Positions 1 through 8,617 of a DNA stretch of 50,125 nucleotides are shown in pieces. Below the pieces are notes generated by a model. The model made no database searches. It was not told the DNA's origin and saw only the letters and a program-made list of their open reading frames with translations. The position numbers and the translations under genes were made by a program. The stretch spans positions 1-50,125 of IMG/VR virus record IMGVR_UViG_3300025120_000087; one strand, given 5' to 3'. The stretch's first letter is position 1. Every line of letters starts with the position of its first letter. This stretch comes from a virus. Lineage: Duplodnaviria > Caudoviricetes.

Positions 1-3
1 CCA

Positions 4-93
4 TCACTTCTCTGAGTGTACAATACATTTCTCAATAAATTGTAGTGTAATTCCAAGTATAATTAGTATAGTAACATCGTGTATAATTTCCAT
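4..93 (-). CDS. Small hydrophobic hypothetical protein (29 aa, MEIIHDVTILIILGITLQFIEKCIVHSEK)
   Basis: Read manually. ATG at 93, TGA at 6-4, which overlaps a further ATG at 4-2 (TGATG coupling). A-rich leader. Below the ORF-track size cutoff. Confidence 0.5.
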   Translation of the reverse strand: MEIIHDVTILIILGITLQFIEKCIVHSEK

Positions 94-107
94 AATAGTA
101 TTGTTTT

Positions 108-157
108 GTAATAGACTACCGAAGTAGTTTCGACTATTGAAGTCTCGTCAGTATTAC
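108..157 (-). ncRNA. Hammerhead ribozyme, type I
   Basis: Minus strand reads GUAAUA-CUGACGA-GACU(UCAAU)AGUC-GAAA-CUAC(UUCG)GUAG-UC-UAUUAC. Full core (CUGANGA, GAAA, UH), perfectly paired stems I, II and III, GUC cleavage triplet. Confidence 0.93.
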
Positions 158-164
158 TTTATTT

Positions 165-253
165 GTAATTGTACCACGATTTACGTTGTTCACCACGTGG
201 AGCGATCTTTCGACTTATTTACACAATCTACATAGATCTCATCAGTATTACTT
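165..253 (-). ncRNA. Second hammerhead-like element, probably degenerate or variant
   Basis: AAGUAAUA-CUGAUGA-GA...AGUC-GAAA repeats the 5' half of the downstream ribozyme. Stem II is imperfect and no canonical stem III/UH junction could be built. Confidence 0.4.
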
Positions 254-466
254 AGACAGTCGTGCCCAGGTAGGTAAGTTGTTACTGTTAGTGTAGTTAC
301 CATATTTCTGGAAACATTCCATTGATTCTAACTTTTCTTGATTGATTGAATACACCGCATCGTGATCATATTCAAATGTACCTTTCTTAGTAGTGAATGT
401 AATGATTGTATTGTTACCGATTAGTGATTTACGTATTACAAATCTTTTAGTAGTTAATGTTGACAT
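248..466 (-). CDS. Hypothetical protein (72 aa), first gene of the leftward, probably early, transcript
   Basis: ORF track. A-rich leader (TAAACAATTAACT-ATG). Its stop codon overlaps the start of the hammerhead-like element. Confidence 0.75.
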   Translation of the reverse strand: MSTLTTKRFVIRKSLIGNNTIITFTTKKGTFEYDHDAVYSINQEKLESMECFQKYGNYTNSNNLPTWARLSK

Positions 467-804
467 AGTTAATTGTTTAAATTGTTTATAGTTTATTTAC
501 ATTATTATTATCCATTGTATTTCGTAACTAGTTTGTAAAAAATGCTATACATTATGTGAAAATTGTAAATTGTAATTGTAAAAACAAAAACGTAAAAAAT
601 TGTAAATGTGTTATGTGAAACGGCGGGGGCCTGGGCTAAACGAAACGATTTTGCAAATGGGCCGGCTTGTTGGTAGAGTAGGGGCAACACAACACTTCTA
701 TATTTGCAATGCTAAAAAATAGTGACAAGAGCCTATTAAGGTTATATAGTAACAGGCAAGTGTCACACTTTTAAGTATTTTATCTACTATGTGATAATCT
801 TTGT
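467..804. promoter_or_regulatory. Divergent intergenic control region; candidate genome terminus, packaging or origin region
   Basis: Coding strand switches here. Several TTGTAA repeats, TTATGTGAAA twice (552, 611), a G-rich patch at about 621-690 and a GTGACA...TGTCAC inverted repeat at about 722-767. Confidence 0.55.
699..706 (+). promoter_or_regulatory. Possible Bacteroidota sigma-A -7 element
   Basis: TATATTTG matches TAnnTTTG, about 100 nt upstream of the first rightward gene. No well-spaced -33 element seen. Confidence 0.3.
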
Positions 805-1035
805 ATGGGTTCACCAATTAAACTAAAACAAACACTATCGCCTAAAGCGGCGGCTGCTAAAAAGCGTAGAGATATTGCTGCGGCTAAAACACCAAAGCGT
901 AAGAAGCGTAAAGCAGAAAACCAAAGAATAGGTCAGTCATCAGAGTATGACTTACACCACAAGGCCGATGGATCAGTTGTAAAGATGAGCACCAAAAATA
1001 ATAGAAACGTGTGGAAGCACGGTGAAAGAAGTTAA
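805..1035 (+). CDS. Small basic protein with a possible minimal HNH-like motif
   Basis: K/R-rich N-terminus, then DLHH...KNNR resembling the DxxH...NR pattern of small phage HNH proteins. Confidence 0.5.
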   Translation: MGSPIKLKQTLSPKAAAAKKRRDIAAAKTPKRKKRKAENQRIGQSSEYDLHHKADGSVVKMSTKNNRNVWKHGERS

Positions 1036-1054
1036 TAACCAAAACCAATTAAAC

Positions 1055-1354
1055 ATGACGTACTTGTATTACAAGACTAGCACTTGGTCTAGCGACCCTA
1101 CCAAGATAGACGAGAAAACCAAAACACAATGGGAACACTTATCTAACAAGTCCAACTGGAGAATTACTCAACTTCCAAATGGATACTATCAAACAGAAGT
1201 TACTTATCCTGACAAGCCTGATCAATGGACAGACGTAACAAGACGTGAAACTCTTGAAGGTGCTGAATCAGCTATTGATGGAAGCATCGACCACTTCAAT
1301 AAGAAGTTAGAGGCTACTAAAGGACCAAAGGTTGTAAAGACGTTTGAAAAATAA
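1055..1354 (+). CDS. Hypothetical phage protein
   Basis: ORF track gives 1022. The in-frame ATG at 1055 has a better A-rich context (CAATTAAAC-ATG) and avoids the overlap. Confidence 0.7.
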   Translation: MTYLYYKTSTWSSDPTKIDEKTKTQWEHLSNKSNWRITQLPNGYYQTEVTYPDKPDQWTDVTRRETLEGAESAIDGSIDHFNKKLEATKGPKVVKTFEK

Positions 1355-1383
1355 ACTATTTTAATTAAATTTAATATAATATA

Positions 1384-2952
1384 ATGGAGTATAATTTACC
1401 AAGTGAGATTGTTAAAGATCTTAACTTTGGCGACAATGCCAAAAATAGAATAATCGCTGGTGTAGACAAATTGGCATCTGCCGTAAAGTCTACATTAGGC
1501 GCCTCTGGAAAGTGTGTTATTTATGAAGATGCTAGAGGCAACCCGGTCATAACAAAAGACGGTGTAACCGTTGCAGAAAGCGTAGTCTTATATGATCCGG
1601 TTGAAAACATGGGTGCAACTTTAATCAAAGAAGCAGCCCGAAATACTGTAAAAGAAGCAGGCGATGGCACAACAACCGCTACGGTGTTAGCTGAATCACT
1701 GCTAAAAACAGTAAACTCACCAAGATTTGAGCAAAATTCACTAAGAGAGCTAAAAACAGGTATAAGTTCAGGCCTTGAAAAGGTTAATGACTACCTTGAT
1801 ACTATCAAAATTGACGTAAATGACGATATGTTGCAAAACGTAGCAGCTATTTCGTGTAATAACGATGAAGAGCTCGGTAAAATCATAGCTGAAGCATACA
1901 CTACTGTTGGAAAAGACGGTGTTGTGCTCATGGAAACGTCAGAAACTGAAGAAACTTACGTTGAGGTTGTTGATGGTGTGCAATTTGACTCACCATTAAC
2001 ATCACCTCATTTCGCTACAGCTACAGAAAAGCAAAAAGCAGAGCTAGATAATCCGTTAATCTTAATATGCATGTCTGAAATACCTAATGTACGTAAAATA
2101 CAAGGTATATTAGAGCATGTTATAAAAACTAACAGATCTTTACTAATAGTAGCCCCAGTATCACAACAAGTAAAGTCGGCACTTTTAATGAATAAGGTAA
2201 AAGGTAACATTAAAGTTAACATTATTGACTTACCTGGCTTCGGTCCTACTAAAAAAGATTCATGTGAAGACTTAGCCGCACTAACCGGCGCTACGGTAAT
2301 GAACGAAGAACTAGGTGATGATTTAGATGGTATAACATTAGATATACTAGGAGAAGCTGAATACGCAACTACAGATATTAATAATACAGTAATAACAATA
2401 TTAGAAGGAGTAGATGTTGAAGATAGGATTGACCAAGTCGCAAAACTCATTGCAGATGAAAAAAGCGGTTTCTTTAAAAAGAAGCTGGAAGAAAGATTGT
2501 CTATGCTATCGGGTTCAGTTGGTATCATCAAAGTGGGTGCTGACTCTAAAGTCGAGCTCAAAGAAAAGAAGGATAGGGTTGAAGACGCAATATACGCGAC
2601 TAAAGCAGCGTTAAAAGAAGGTATAGTGCCAGGAGGCGGTATAGCCCTCTTTAATGCAGCGAAAAAAATCGAACCTACTAACGTAGGTGAAGAAGCATTG
2701 TTTTCTTCTATTGTAGCCCCAATGGCAACTATATTAGATAATGCTGGTATGCCAACTCATGTAGACTTACCAGAAGAACAAGGACACGGCTTTAACGTCG
2801 TAACTGGTGAAGTTGTTGATATGGTTAAAGAAGGTATCATCGATCCTGTGCTAGTAACTAAGACAGCTCTTAAAAATGCTGTATCTGTTGTAACTACTAT
2901 TATATCCGCCGACTGTGTAATTTCAAACATACGAGTAAATGAAAGCAGTTAA
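1384..2952 (+). CDS. groEL: Phage-encoded chaperonin GroEL (Cpn60)
   Basis: [41 protein letters not shown] and GIIDP motifs. No C-terminal GGM tail. Confidence 0.97.
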   Translation: MEYNLPSEIVKDLNFGDNAKNRIIAGVDKLASAVKSTLGASGKCVIYEDARGNPVITKDGVTVAESVVLYDPVENMGATLIKEAARNTVKEAGDGTTTATVLAESLLKTVNSPRFEQNSLRELKTGISSGLEKVNDYLDTIKIDVNDDMLQNVAAISCNNDEELGKIIAEAYTTVGKDGVVLMETSETEETYVEVVDGVQFDSPLTSPHFATATEKQKAELDNPLILICMSEIPNVRKIQGILEHVIKTNRSLLIVAPVSQQVKSALLMNKVKGNIKVNIIDLPGFGPTKKDSCEDLAALTGATVMNEELGDDLDGITLDILGEAEYATTDINNTVITILEGVDVEDRIDQVAKLIADEKSGFFKKKLEERLSMLSGSVGIIKVGADSKVELKEKKDRVEDAIYATKAALKEGIVPGGGIALFNAAKKIEPTNVGEEALFSSIVAPMATILDNAGMPTHVDLPEEQGHGFNVVTGEVVDMVKEGIIDPVLVTKTALKNAVSVVTTIISADCVISNIRVNESS

Positions 2953-3196
2953 TCATTATTTAGTAATTGAGCCAATTAAACAAGAGCTCAAGAAGGTTGG
3001 TGGATTAATCCTTACAGACGAGGTCAACGAGGATAATAGATATTTAAAAGCAAAAGTCATATCAACTGGAAACCTTGTAGAAGGTATTAAAGAAGGTGAT
3101 GTGGTTTATTACGATAAACACGCTGGACATGGTATTCAGCACAAAGATAATTTTTACGGCGTTATTAAACAAATGGACGTCGTATTAATTGATTAA
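2939..3196 (+). CDS. groES: Co-chaperonin GroES (Cpn10)
   Basis: 85 aa with a GGLIL mobile loop and IKEGDVVYYDKHAG. Overlaps the end of groEL. Confidence 0.9.
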   Translation: MKAVNHYLVIEPIKQELKKVGGLILTDEVNEDNRYLKAKVISTGNLVEGIKEGDVVYYDKHAGHGIQHKDNFYGVIKQMDVVLID

Positions 3197-3270
3197 ACCT
3201 AAACCATAAACTTTAAACTTTAAACTTAAAACGACAAACAAATTATTTATTAATCAAAAACTTTTTAAAA

Positions 3271-3711
3271 ATGAACATGGACAAGTATTTATTTTTCCGA
3301 GCAGTTGCCGACGAAGATAACGACGATGGTGATGGAGCTTCAAGTGGAGTAAACCCAACATCAATTGCTATTCCAGCAAGAAACATTACAGCTATTGGAC
3401 CAGCTTCTGGTACTACTTTAGAAATTTATTTCGAAAGTGTAAGAAATCAAGCTGGTAATGGTACAGATGACGAAAACGTTGTTTCAGACAAGGTTGTTAT
3501 TGGCATCGGATCACACACGCACAAAGAAGTAATAGACAATATTTTAAGAGCTATTACATCAACAGGACCAAGCTATACTGATGGTTTTATTGACGTATGT
3601 GATGATATGACTACTAACGCTGCTAATGAAGCAGTTTCAGCTGTAAGACTAAACGCTAATATTACTGGTATCGCTGATACTGGTATTACAGTAGCTGCGG
3701 CATTATCTTAA
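3271..3711 (+). CDS. Acidic hypothetical protein, paralog 1 of a tandem pair
   Basis: Begins MDKYLFFRAVADEDNDDG and ends ITVAAALS, similar to the next ORF. Confidence 0.8.
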   Translation: MNMDKYLFFRAVADEDNDDGDGASSGVNPTSIAIPARNITAIGPASGTTLEIYFESVRNQAGNGTDDENVVSDKVVIGIGSHTHKEVIDNILRAITSTGPSYTDGFIDVCDDMTTNAANEAVSAVRLNANITGIADTGITVAAALS

Positions 3712-3737
3712 TTGTTAACTAATTAAAAAATAGAAAA

Positions 3738-4148
3738 ATGGAAAAATATTTGTATTTTAGAACACAGGCCGATCAAGATAATGATGACGGCATTGACGAT
3801 TCGGTATATGTAAAAGCTTCTAGTATCACTGGTTTAGTTCCAACGAGTACTACAGCTTTAACAATATTCTTTGAAAGCGTTAAAAATCAACCAGGTCACG
3901 CTGGTGCTACAGGTGATGAGATCATTAGAGACAGCGTTGTAGTTAATTGTACTGCTGGCAAAGTAAAGCAAGTTATGGGAACTATCGTTAGAGCTATCAA
4001 CTCTTCAGCACCTTTATATAATGATGGTGTAATAGTTGTTGCTGACGATGTTACTACAACTTTAGCAGACGCTACAGTAGCAGCTCAATACATCGACGCT
4101 GGTATTACAAGTTGTGGAGCTATTACAGTTGCTGCCGCTCTATCTTAA
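3738..4148 (+). CDS. Acidic hypothetical protein, paralog 2 of a tandem pair
   Basis: Begins MEKYLYFRTQADQDNDDG and ends ITVAAALS. Confidence 0.8.
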   Translation: MEKYLYFRTQADQDNDDGIDDSVYVKASSITGLVPTSTTALTIFFESVKNQPGHAGATGDEIIRDSVVVNCTAGKVKQVMGTIVRAINSSAPLYNDGVIVVADDVTTTLADATVAAQYIDAGITSCGAITVAAALS

Positions 4149-4151
4149 TAG

Positions 4152-4592
4152 ATGCGATTAACTAGTCACGATTTACGTGAATTACAAATCCTAAAGTATT
4201 ACAGGCTCACTAGAAAGTGGGCTTGTAAGACTTACGGGTTAACAGATGCCGATCTTGAACTTCTAATATTTTTAGATTGTCAAAAACGGTTTACAAGACA
4301 AGAATTTATTGATGGTACTTATACCATGAGCTGGGATAAAACTCGGTGGGATAAACTAAGAAAGTTAGGCTGGATTGAAGTGTGGAGACACAGAAATAGA
4401 ACAACGATAAAATACTCAATATTTAAAACATCGTTTAAATGCAGCCAGTTGATAAGTAGAATATACAGGATACTATTAGGTGAAGAAGATATGCCTGTGT
4501 CAGAAAGAAGTGTATTTTACAATAACAAATCATATACAGATAAAGTCTTTAACAAGGCTATAGACGATATGATAAAAGATAAAGATAGATAA
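4152..4592 (+). CDS. Putative winged-helix (MarR-like) DNA-binding protein
   Basis: YGLTDADLELLIFL...LRKLGWIEV pattern resembles MarR-type wHTH. Confidence 0.5.
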   Translation: MRLTSHDLRELQILKYYRLTRKWACKTYGLTDADLELLIFLDCQKRFTRQEFIDGTYTMSWDKTRWDKLRKLGWIEVWRHRNRTTIKYSIFKTSFKCSQLISRIYRILLGEEDMPVSERSVFYNNKSYTDKVFNKAIDDMIKDKDR

Positions 4593-5023
4593 TGGGATTT
4601 AAACTAGGTAAAGGTAGAACACCAATAGCAGTAAACGGGCGAATATCAAAGAAAATGAGATTTGGTCAAGAAGCCGGAGACGCTGACGTATCTGTACCTG
4701 GAACACCTATTATTAGAAAACCGCTAGAGCCTGGCGTTATGGGTGAAGCTAATATGGATGGTAGCATCTACATTAGTGATCAAATCCAGCCTGGTAGCGA
4801 TATAGAAAAACAAGTGGTCAATCACGAAATGAGACACTCTACAGATATGAAAACTGGTAAGTTAGAGTACGGTGATGATTATGTTAAATGGAATGGTAAT
4901 ACTTACCCAAGACAAACTATCAACGGTAAAGATATGATAATAGTTGATGGTATAGCTAAAGAAGCTGGTGACGGTAATTTTCCTTGGGAAAGAGAAGCAA
5001 ACAACGGAAACGCATATGGTTAA
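4592..5023 (+). CDS. Putative zincin-like metallopeptidase
   Basis: HEMRH (HExxH) preceded by GSIYI strand; later PWEREA could supply the third Glu ligand. Confidence 0.65.
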   Translation: MGFKLGKGRTPIAVNGRISKKMRFGQEAGDADVSVPGTPIIRKPLEPGVMGEANMDGSIYISDQIQPGSDIEKQVVNHEMRHSTDMKTGKLEYGDDYVKWNGNTYPRQTINGKDMIIVDGIAKEAGDGNFPWEREANNGNAYG

Positions 5024-5435
5024 TAATATATTAGGTGGTTTATTTGGCAAAGTAGTTGAAAACGCTGAAGGTATACTAGATAAAGTAATAACTACAGATA
5101 AAGAAAGAGACGCTGCCAAACTAGCGTTAAAACAAATAATGCTAGATGCAGAAAGAGAAGCTTTTGCAAAAGAAGTTGAAGATCGCAAATCTGCACGTGA
5201 TCTTTATAAAGACGACGCTATTATTCAAAAAGTATTAGCAACGCTGTTTACAGTAGCATACTTTGGCATTACATTTGTAATGTTTAATTACTTTGTTACT
5301 AAAAGCTTAGAGCTAGGTGAATTTGAGATTAGCTTTATATCAACAATCTTTGGTGCTATGAGTGCTAAGGTAAACACAATAATAGACTTCTTCTTCGGTG
5401 GAAGTTCAAAGAAAAACGAACAAACTAATAAATAA
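5016..5435 (+). CDS. Putative holin
   Basis: Likely start ATG 5016. ILDKVITTDKERDAAKL resembles the N-terminus of GTA-type 3TM holins; two hydrophobic segments then FFFGGSS. Confidence 0.6.
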   Translation: MVNNILGGLFGKVVENAEGILDKVITTDKERDAAKLALKQIMLDAEREAFAKEVEDRKSARDLYKDDAIIQKVLATLFTVAYFGITFVMFNYFVTKSLELGEFEISFISTIFGAMSAKVNTIIDFFFGGSSKKNEQTNK

Positions 5436-5440
5436 ATAAA

Positions 5441-5806
5441 ATGGGAATTAACAATACACAAACATCATACGCTTTTGGACAACTAGGTAGTGTTTACACT
5501 ACAGCTAGTAGTGACGCTATTAAACCTCCAACAGACAAGGTATTTGTAGCAATAACAATGCTTGCAGACACTGTATTCGACGCTTCAGGCGGTTTAATTG
5601 CAGACATACCTCTTATTGGATCTGATCAATATATTGGAACAGATCAACCAGCCCACGATTTAGCCGCAGGCTCTGAAACTGCGGACGAAGGTTCTGGTGG
5701 TCAAGTTGTTGATTCAGTTGTTTTTCCAAAAGGTGTTACTATTTACGGAAGATGGACTGAAATTGACGTAAACAGTGGTTCAGTTGTAGCTTATATAGGA
5801 GCGTAA
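5441..5806 (+). CDS. Hypothetical, probably virion-associated protein
   Basis: ORF track; beta-rich; coupled to the LamG gene by a TAATG overlap. Confidence 0.7.
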   Translation: MGINNTQTSYAFGQLGSVYTTASSDAIKPPTDKVFVAITMLADTVFDASGGLIADIPLIGSDQYIGTDQPAHDLAAGSETADEGSGGQVVDSVVFPKGVTIYGRWTEIDVNSGSVVAYIGA

Positions 5807-7059
5807 TGTTAGGGTTAACTAGCGCACTATCAAGTGGCTCTGGAAAAGAGCAGAACTATTCTTTAACTCTTGACGGGGTTAATGATCACGTAGACCTAGG
5901 CGATGTGTTAGATGTTGGCACAGCTGACTACTCTATTTCAGTATGGATTAAGCAGTCTGTTGCTGCTGATAGTTATGATTATGTATTTGCTAAGCATGAA
6001 GACAATGACAATAGAGTTGACATACTCTTAAATGATGCAAATCGTATTCAAGTGCTAGCAAAAGGCTCAGATAATCAAGCTTACAATTTTAATGGCGCCA
6101 CCGCTTTAGACGCTCTAATTGGAACTTGGGTTAATATAACTATTACCGTAGACAGAGACGGTCAAGCAAAAATGTATGTTAACGGATCAACAAACACGTA
6201 TGGCCACAGCGGCGTAAGCTGTACTAATACTTCGCAGAATTTAGATAATGCGGGCAAATGGAATATAGGCCGTAAAAAAGCTACCGCTAACTACTGGGGT
6301 GGAAAAGTAGGTGATATAGCAATATGGAATGTAGCGCTAGACGCAGACGCTGTGGCTGCAGTTTATAACTCAGGCACTGCTTTTAATTTAAACGTAAACA
6401 GAGGTAACTATGACAACAGCTCTGCGCTGCAAGGCTATTTGCGCATGGGTAGCGGAATTTTTGACGACAAAGCCAACGGCGTTGTTCGCGATCAAGTTAA
6501 CCCTGGGTATGGATCTAACCTGGTTTCTAACGCAGACTTTTCTGCTAACGAGGCTGAAGATCAATCGCACTTAAATGGAGGATTACAGTTTGACGATTGG
6601 ACTGAGCAATTAAGCTCTGGTCTTAGAAAATATGAAATAACAGCTGACGGGCAGGGCATAAGATGCACTATTGAAACTGCTAATGATGCTACATGGCATC
6701 AAAGAATATATCAGACCGTAAGTGATCATTTAGATATAGGATCATCATACGAGTTTAGCATTGAACTTTTAGCTAGTACTTCTTGTACTTTTCGAGCTGC
6801 AGTGCAGACAACAGGCTCTAATGACACTCAAACCTCTGCTAATATGCAGAGCGTAATCTTAAGCCCAAATGTTAGAACTGTTGTTAAAGATGTTTTTATA
6901 TGTAGCAATAACACCTCTCAAACTGTTCATTTGTTTCCTAACACCACTTTATCTGCTGGAGAATATTATGAAATAAGATTTCCAATGTTAAGAAAAATAA
7001 ACGGAGGAGTAGGAATAGTAACAGGAGCTACGTTTTCATCAGATAATCCAAACGGGTAA
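5806..7059 (+). CDS. LamG/concanavalin-A-like lectin domain protein (probable virion appendage)
   Basis: SLTLDGVNDHV, YSISVWIK, MYVNG, WNIG, GDIAIWNVAL pattern; CBM-like C-terminal part. Confidence 0.8.
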   Translation: MLGLTSALSSGSGKEQNYSLTLDGVNDHVDLGDVLDVGTADYSISVWIKQSVAADSYDYVFAKHEDNDNRVDILLNDANRIQVLAKGSDNQAYNFNGATALDALIGTWVNITITVDRDGQAKMYVNGSTNTYGHSGVSCTNTSQNLDNAGKWNIGRKKATANYWGGKVGDIAIWNVALDADAVAAVYNSGTAFNLNVNRGNYDNSSALQGYLRMGSGIFDDKANGVVRDQVNPGYGSNLVSNADFSANEAEDQSHLNGGLQFDDWTEQLSSGLRKYEITADGQGIRCTIETANDATWHQRIYQTVSDHLDIGSSYEFSIELLASTSCTFRAAVQTTGSNDTQTSANMQSVILSPNVRTVVKDVFICSNNTSQTVHLFPNTTLSAGEYYEIRFPMLRKINGGVGIVTGATFSSDNPNG

Positions 7060-7063
7060 CAAT

Positions 7064-7303
7064 ATGGCTAAATACGTAATAATAGATACTACAGAAGTTA
7101 TATCAGAAGATTCAGTTATAGACTTTAATAAGCTCATGAACAGAGGGCCTAGTTATTTAAGATATAACAACAACGGCAATAAGGCTGTGCTAAAGTACGA
7201 TGGAGACCAACCATCTTTTTTAAATGGTAAAACAGAATATACTCACGCTGAAATATTAGTTGAAATGAATAAGTCAGAGTGGGTTGTAGAAACTGAAGGT
7301 TAA
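7064..7303 (+). CDS. Hypothetical phage protein
   Basis: ORF track, in operon context. Confidence 0.7.
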   Translation: MAKYVIIDTTEVISEDSVIDFNKLMNRGPSYLRYNNNGNKAVLKYDGDQPSFLNGKTEYTHAEILVEMNKSEWVVETEG

Positions 7304-7323
7304 CAATTAAATTAAATTAAATT

Positions 7324-7605
7324 ATGGCAAAAAGAAAGACGGCAAAGGTCAAAGACCTTAGGCCAAGTAAAATCAATGATGAGCAACTAACAAAACTTCA
7401 AGGTATTGTTTCTGCAATAAACGAAAGTCACGCTAACTTAGGTAGGCTAGAAGTACAAAAACACCAATTGCTTCATCAAAACGAACAGCTGCAAGGAGCT
7501 ATTAAAGAGCTTCAACAAACTCTTGAAGATGAGTACGGTACTTGCAATATAGCTATTCAAGATGGTACTATAAAATACGAAGAAGATGAGCAAGCTAATT
7601 CGTAA
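7324..7605 (+). CDS. Hypothetical coiled-coil protein
   Basis: Heptad-like Q/L/E-rich helix; A-rich leader. Confidence 0.7.
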   Translation: MAKRKTAKVKDLRPSKINDEQLTKLQGIVSAINESHANLGRLEVQKHQLLHQNEQLQGAIKELQQTLEDEYGTCNIAIQDGTIKYEEDEQANS

Positions 7606-7807
7606 GATCACAATAGGAAAAGACTACAAAATTGACGCCATGCACTACTCTGTTAATCAGGAAGTGTATGGTGGTCATACTATTTGCGATATAATAGAAG
7701 AAGACGATAAATACTCTATATACATTAGAAAAGGAAAAGACGTGCTGCCTTGGAAAGACTTTAATAAAAACATGGCTATATCCGTTGAGTATAACTTAGA
7801 ATATTAG
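7586..7807 (+). CDS. Hypothetical phage protein
   Basis: ORF track; overlaps both neighbours. Confidence 0.7.
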   Translation: MSKLIRKITIGKDYKIDAMHYSVNQEVYGGHTICDIIEEDDKYSIYIRKGKDVLPWKDFNKNMAISVEYNLEY

Positions 7808-8388
7808 TGAAAGCACCATTTGATTTTGTTATTGAGCCTAAAGGCGAAAGATACAACAACTTTAAAAAAGTTGGAGATAAAGATCTTATTTTAAATACTG
7901 AGATATTTAATCATCAATACGTAAACAGAAGCGCTATCGTTAAGGCTGTGCCTACTGCTTTTGACACTGAGGTAAAAGTAGGTGATGAGGTTATAGTACA
8001 CCACAACGTGTTTAGAAGATGGCACGATCAACAAGGTAATGAAAAAAATAGCAGAAGTTATTTTGATGAAAATACTTACTTAGTTAAAGAAGATCAAATA
8101 TTCCTTTATAAATCAAAAGATAAGTGGAAAGCTTGCGATGGGTATTGCTTTGTTCAGCCGATAAAACAAAGAAACAAGTTATCAGAGGATATTGAAGAGC
8201 AATGTATTGGTATTGTTAAATATACTGATGGGCAAAACACAATAGGCGAGCTTGTGGGTTTTACACCTTTTTCTACGTACGAGTTTATTATTGATAACGT
8301 TAAGCTTTATAGAGTTTTAAATAAGTTTATTACAATTAAATATGAATATCAAGGAGACGAAGAAGAGTATAATCCAAGCTGGGCATAG
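7807..8388 (+). CDS. Tandem double GroES-like domain protein
   Basis: Both halves align by eye to the GroES at 2939: MKAPFDFVIEP...LIL...VKVGDEV and WKACDGYCFVQPIKQ...IGELVGF. GTG start. Confidence 0.7.
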   Translation: MKAPFDFVIEPKGERYNNFKKVGDKDLILNTEIFNHQYVNRSAIVKAVPTAFDTEVKVGDEVIVHHNVFRRWHDQQGNEKNSRSYFDENTYLVKEDQIFLYKSKDKWKACDGYCFVQPIKQRNKLSEDIEEQCIGIVKYTDGQNTIGELVGFTPFSTYEFIIDNVKLYRVLNKFITIKYEYQGDEEEYNPSWA

Positions 8389-8617
8389 AGCTGTTGAAGA
8401 GCTTATTAAAGTAGCTAAAGAAGCTATTGTTGATAGTGGCGATGACATTACAGCTGATAGACTTAAAAACGCGGCTGCCACTAAAAAGTTGGCTATATTC
8501 GATGCTTTTGAAATACTTAATCGTATCCAAGAAGAAGAGGCTATGCTTAACGGTAAAGATCCAGAAAAAAAAGAAGAGCGCGTGTTTAAAGGATTTGCTG
8601 AAGGAAGATCTAAATGA
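8342..8617 (+). CDS. Putative terminase small subunit
   Basis: Small helical protein overlapping the start of the large terminase; call is positional only. Confidence 0.45.
   Translation: MNIKETKKSIIQAGHRAVEELIKVAKEAIVDSGDDITADRLKNAAATKKLAIFDAFEILNRIQEEEAMLNGKDPEKKEERVFKGFAEGRSK

Noticed and set aside
508-690. 60-aa minus-strand ORF in the divergence region
   Set aside because: Crosses the repeat and G-rich control region, has atypical composition and no good start context.
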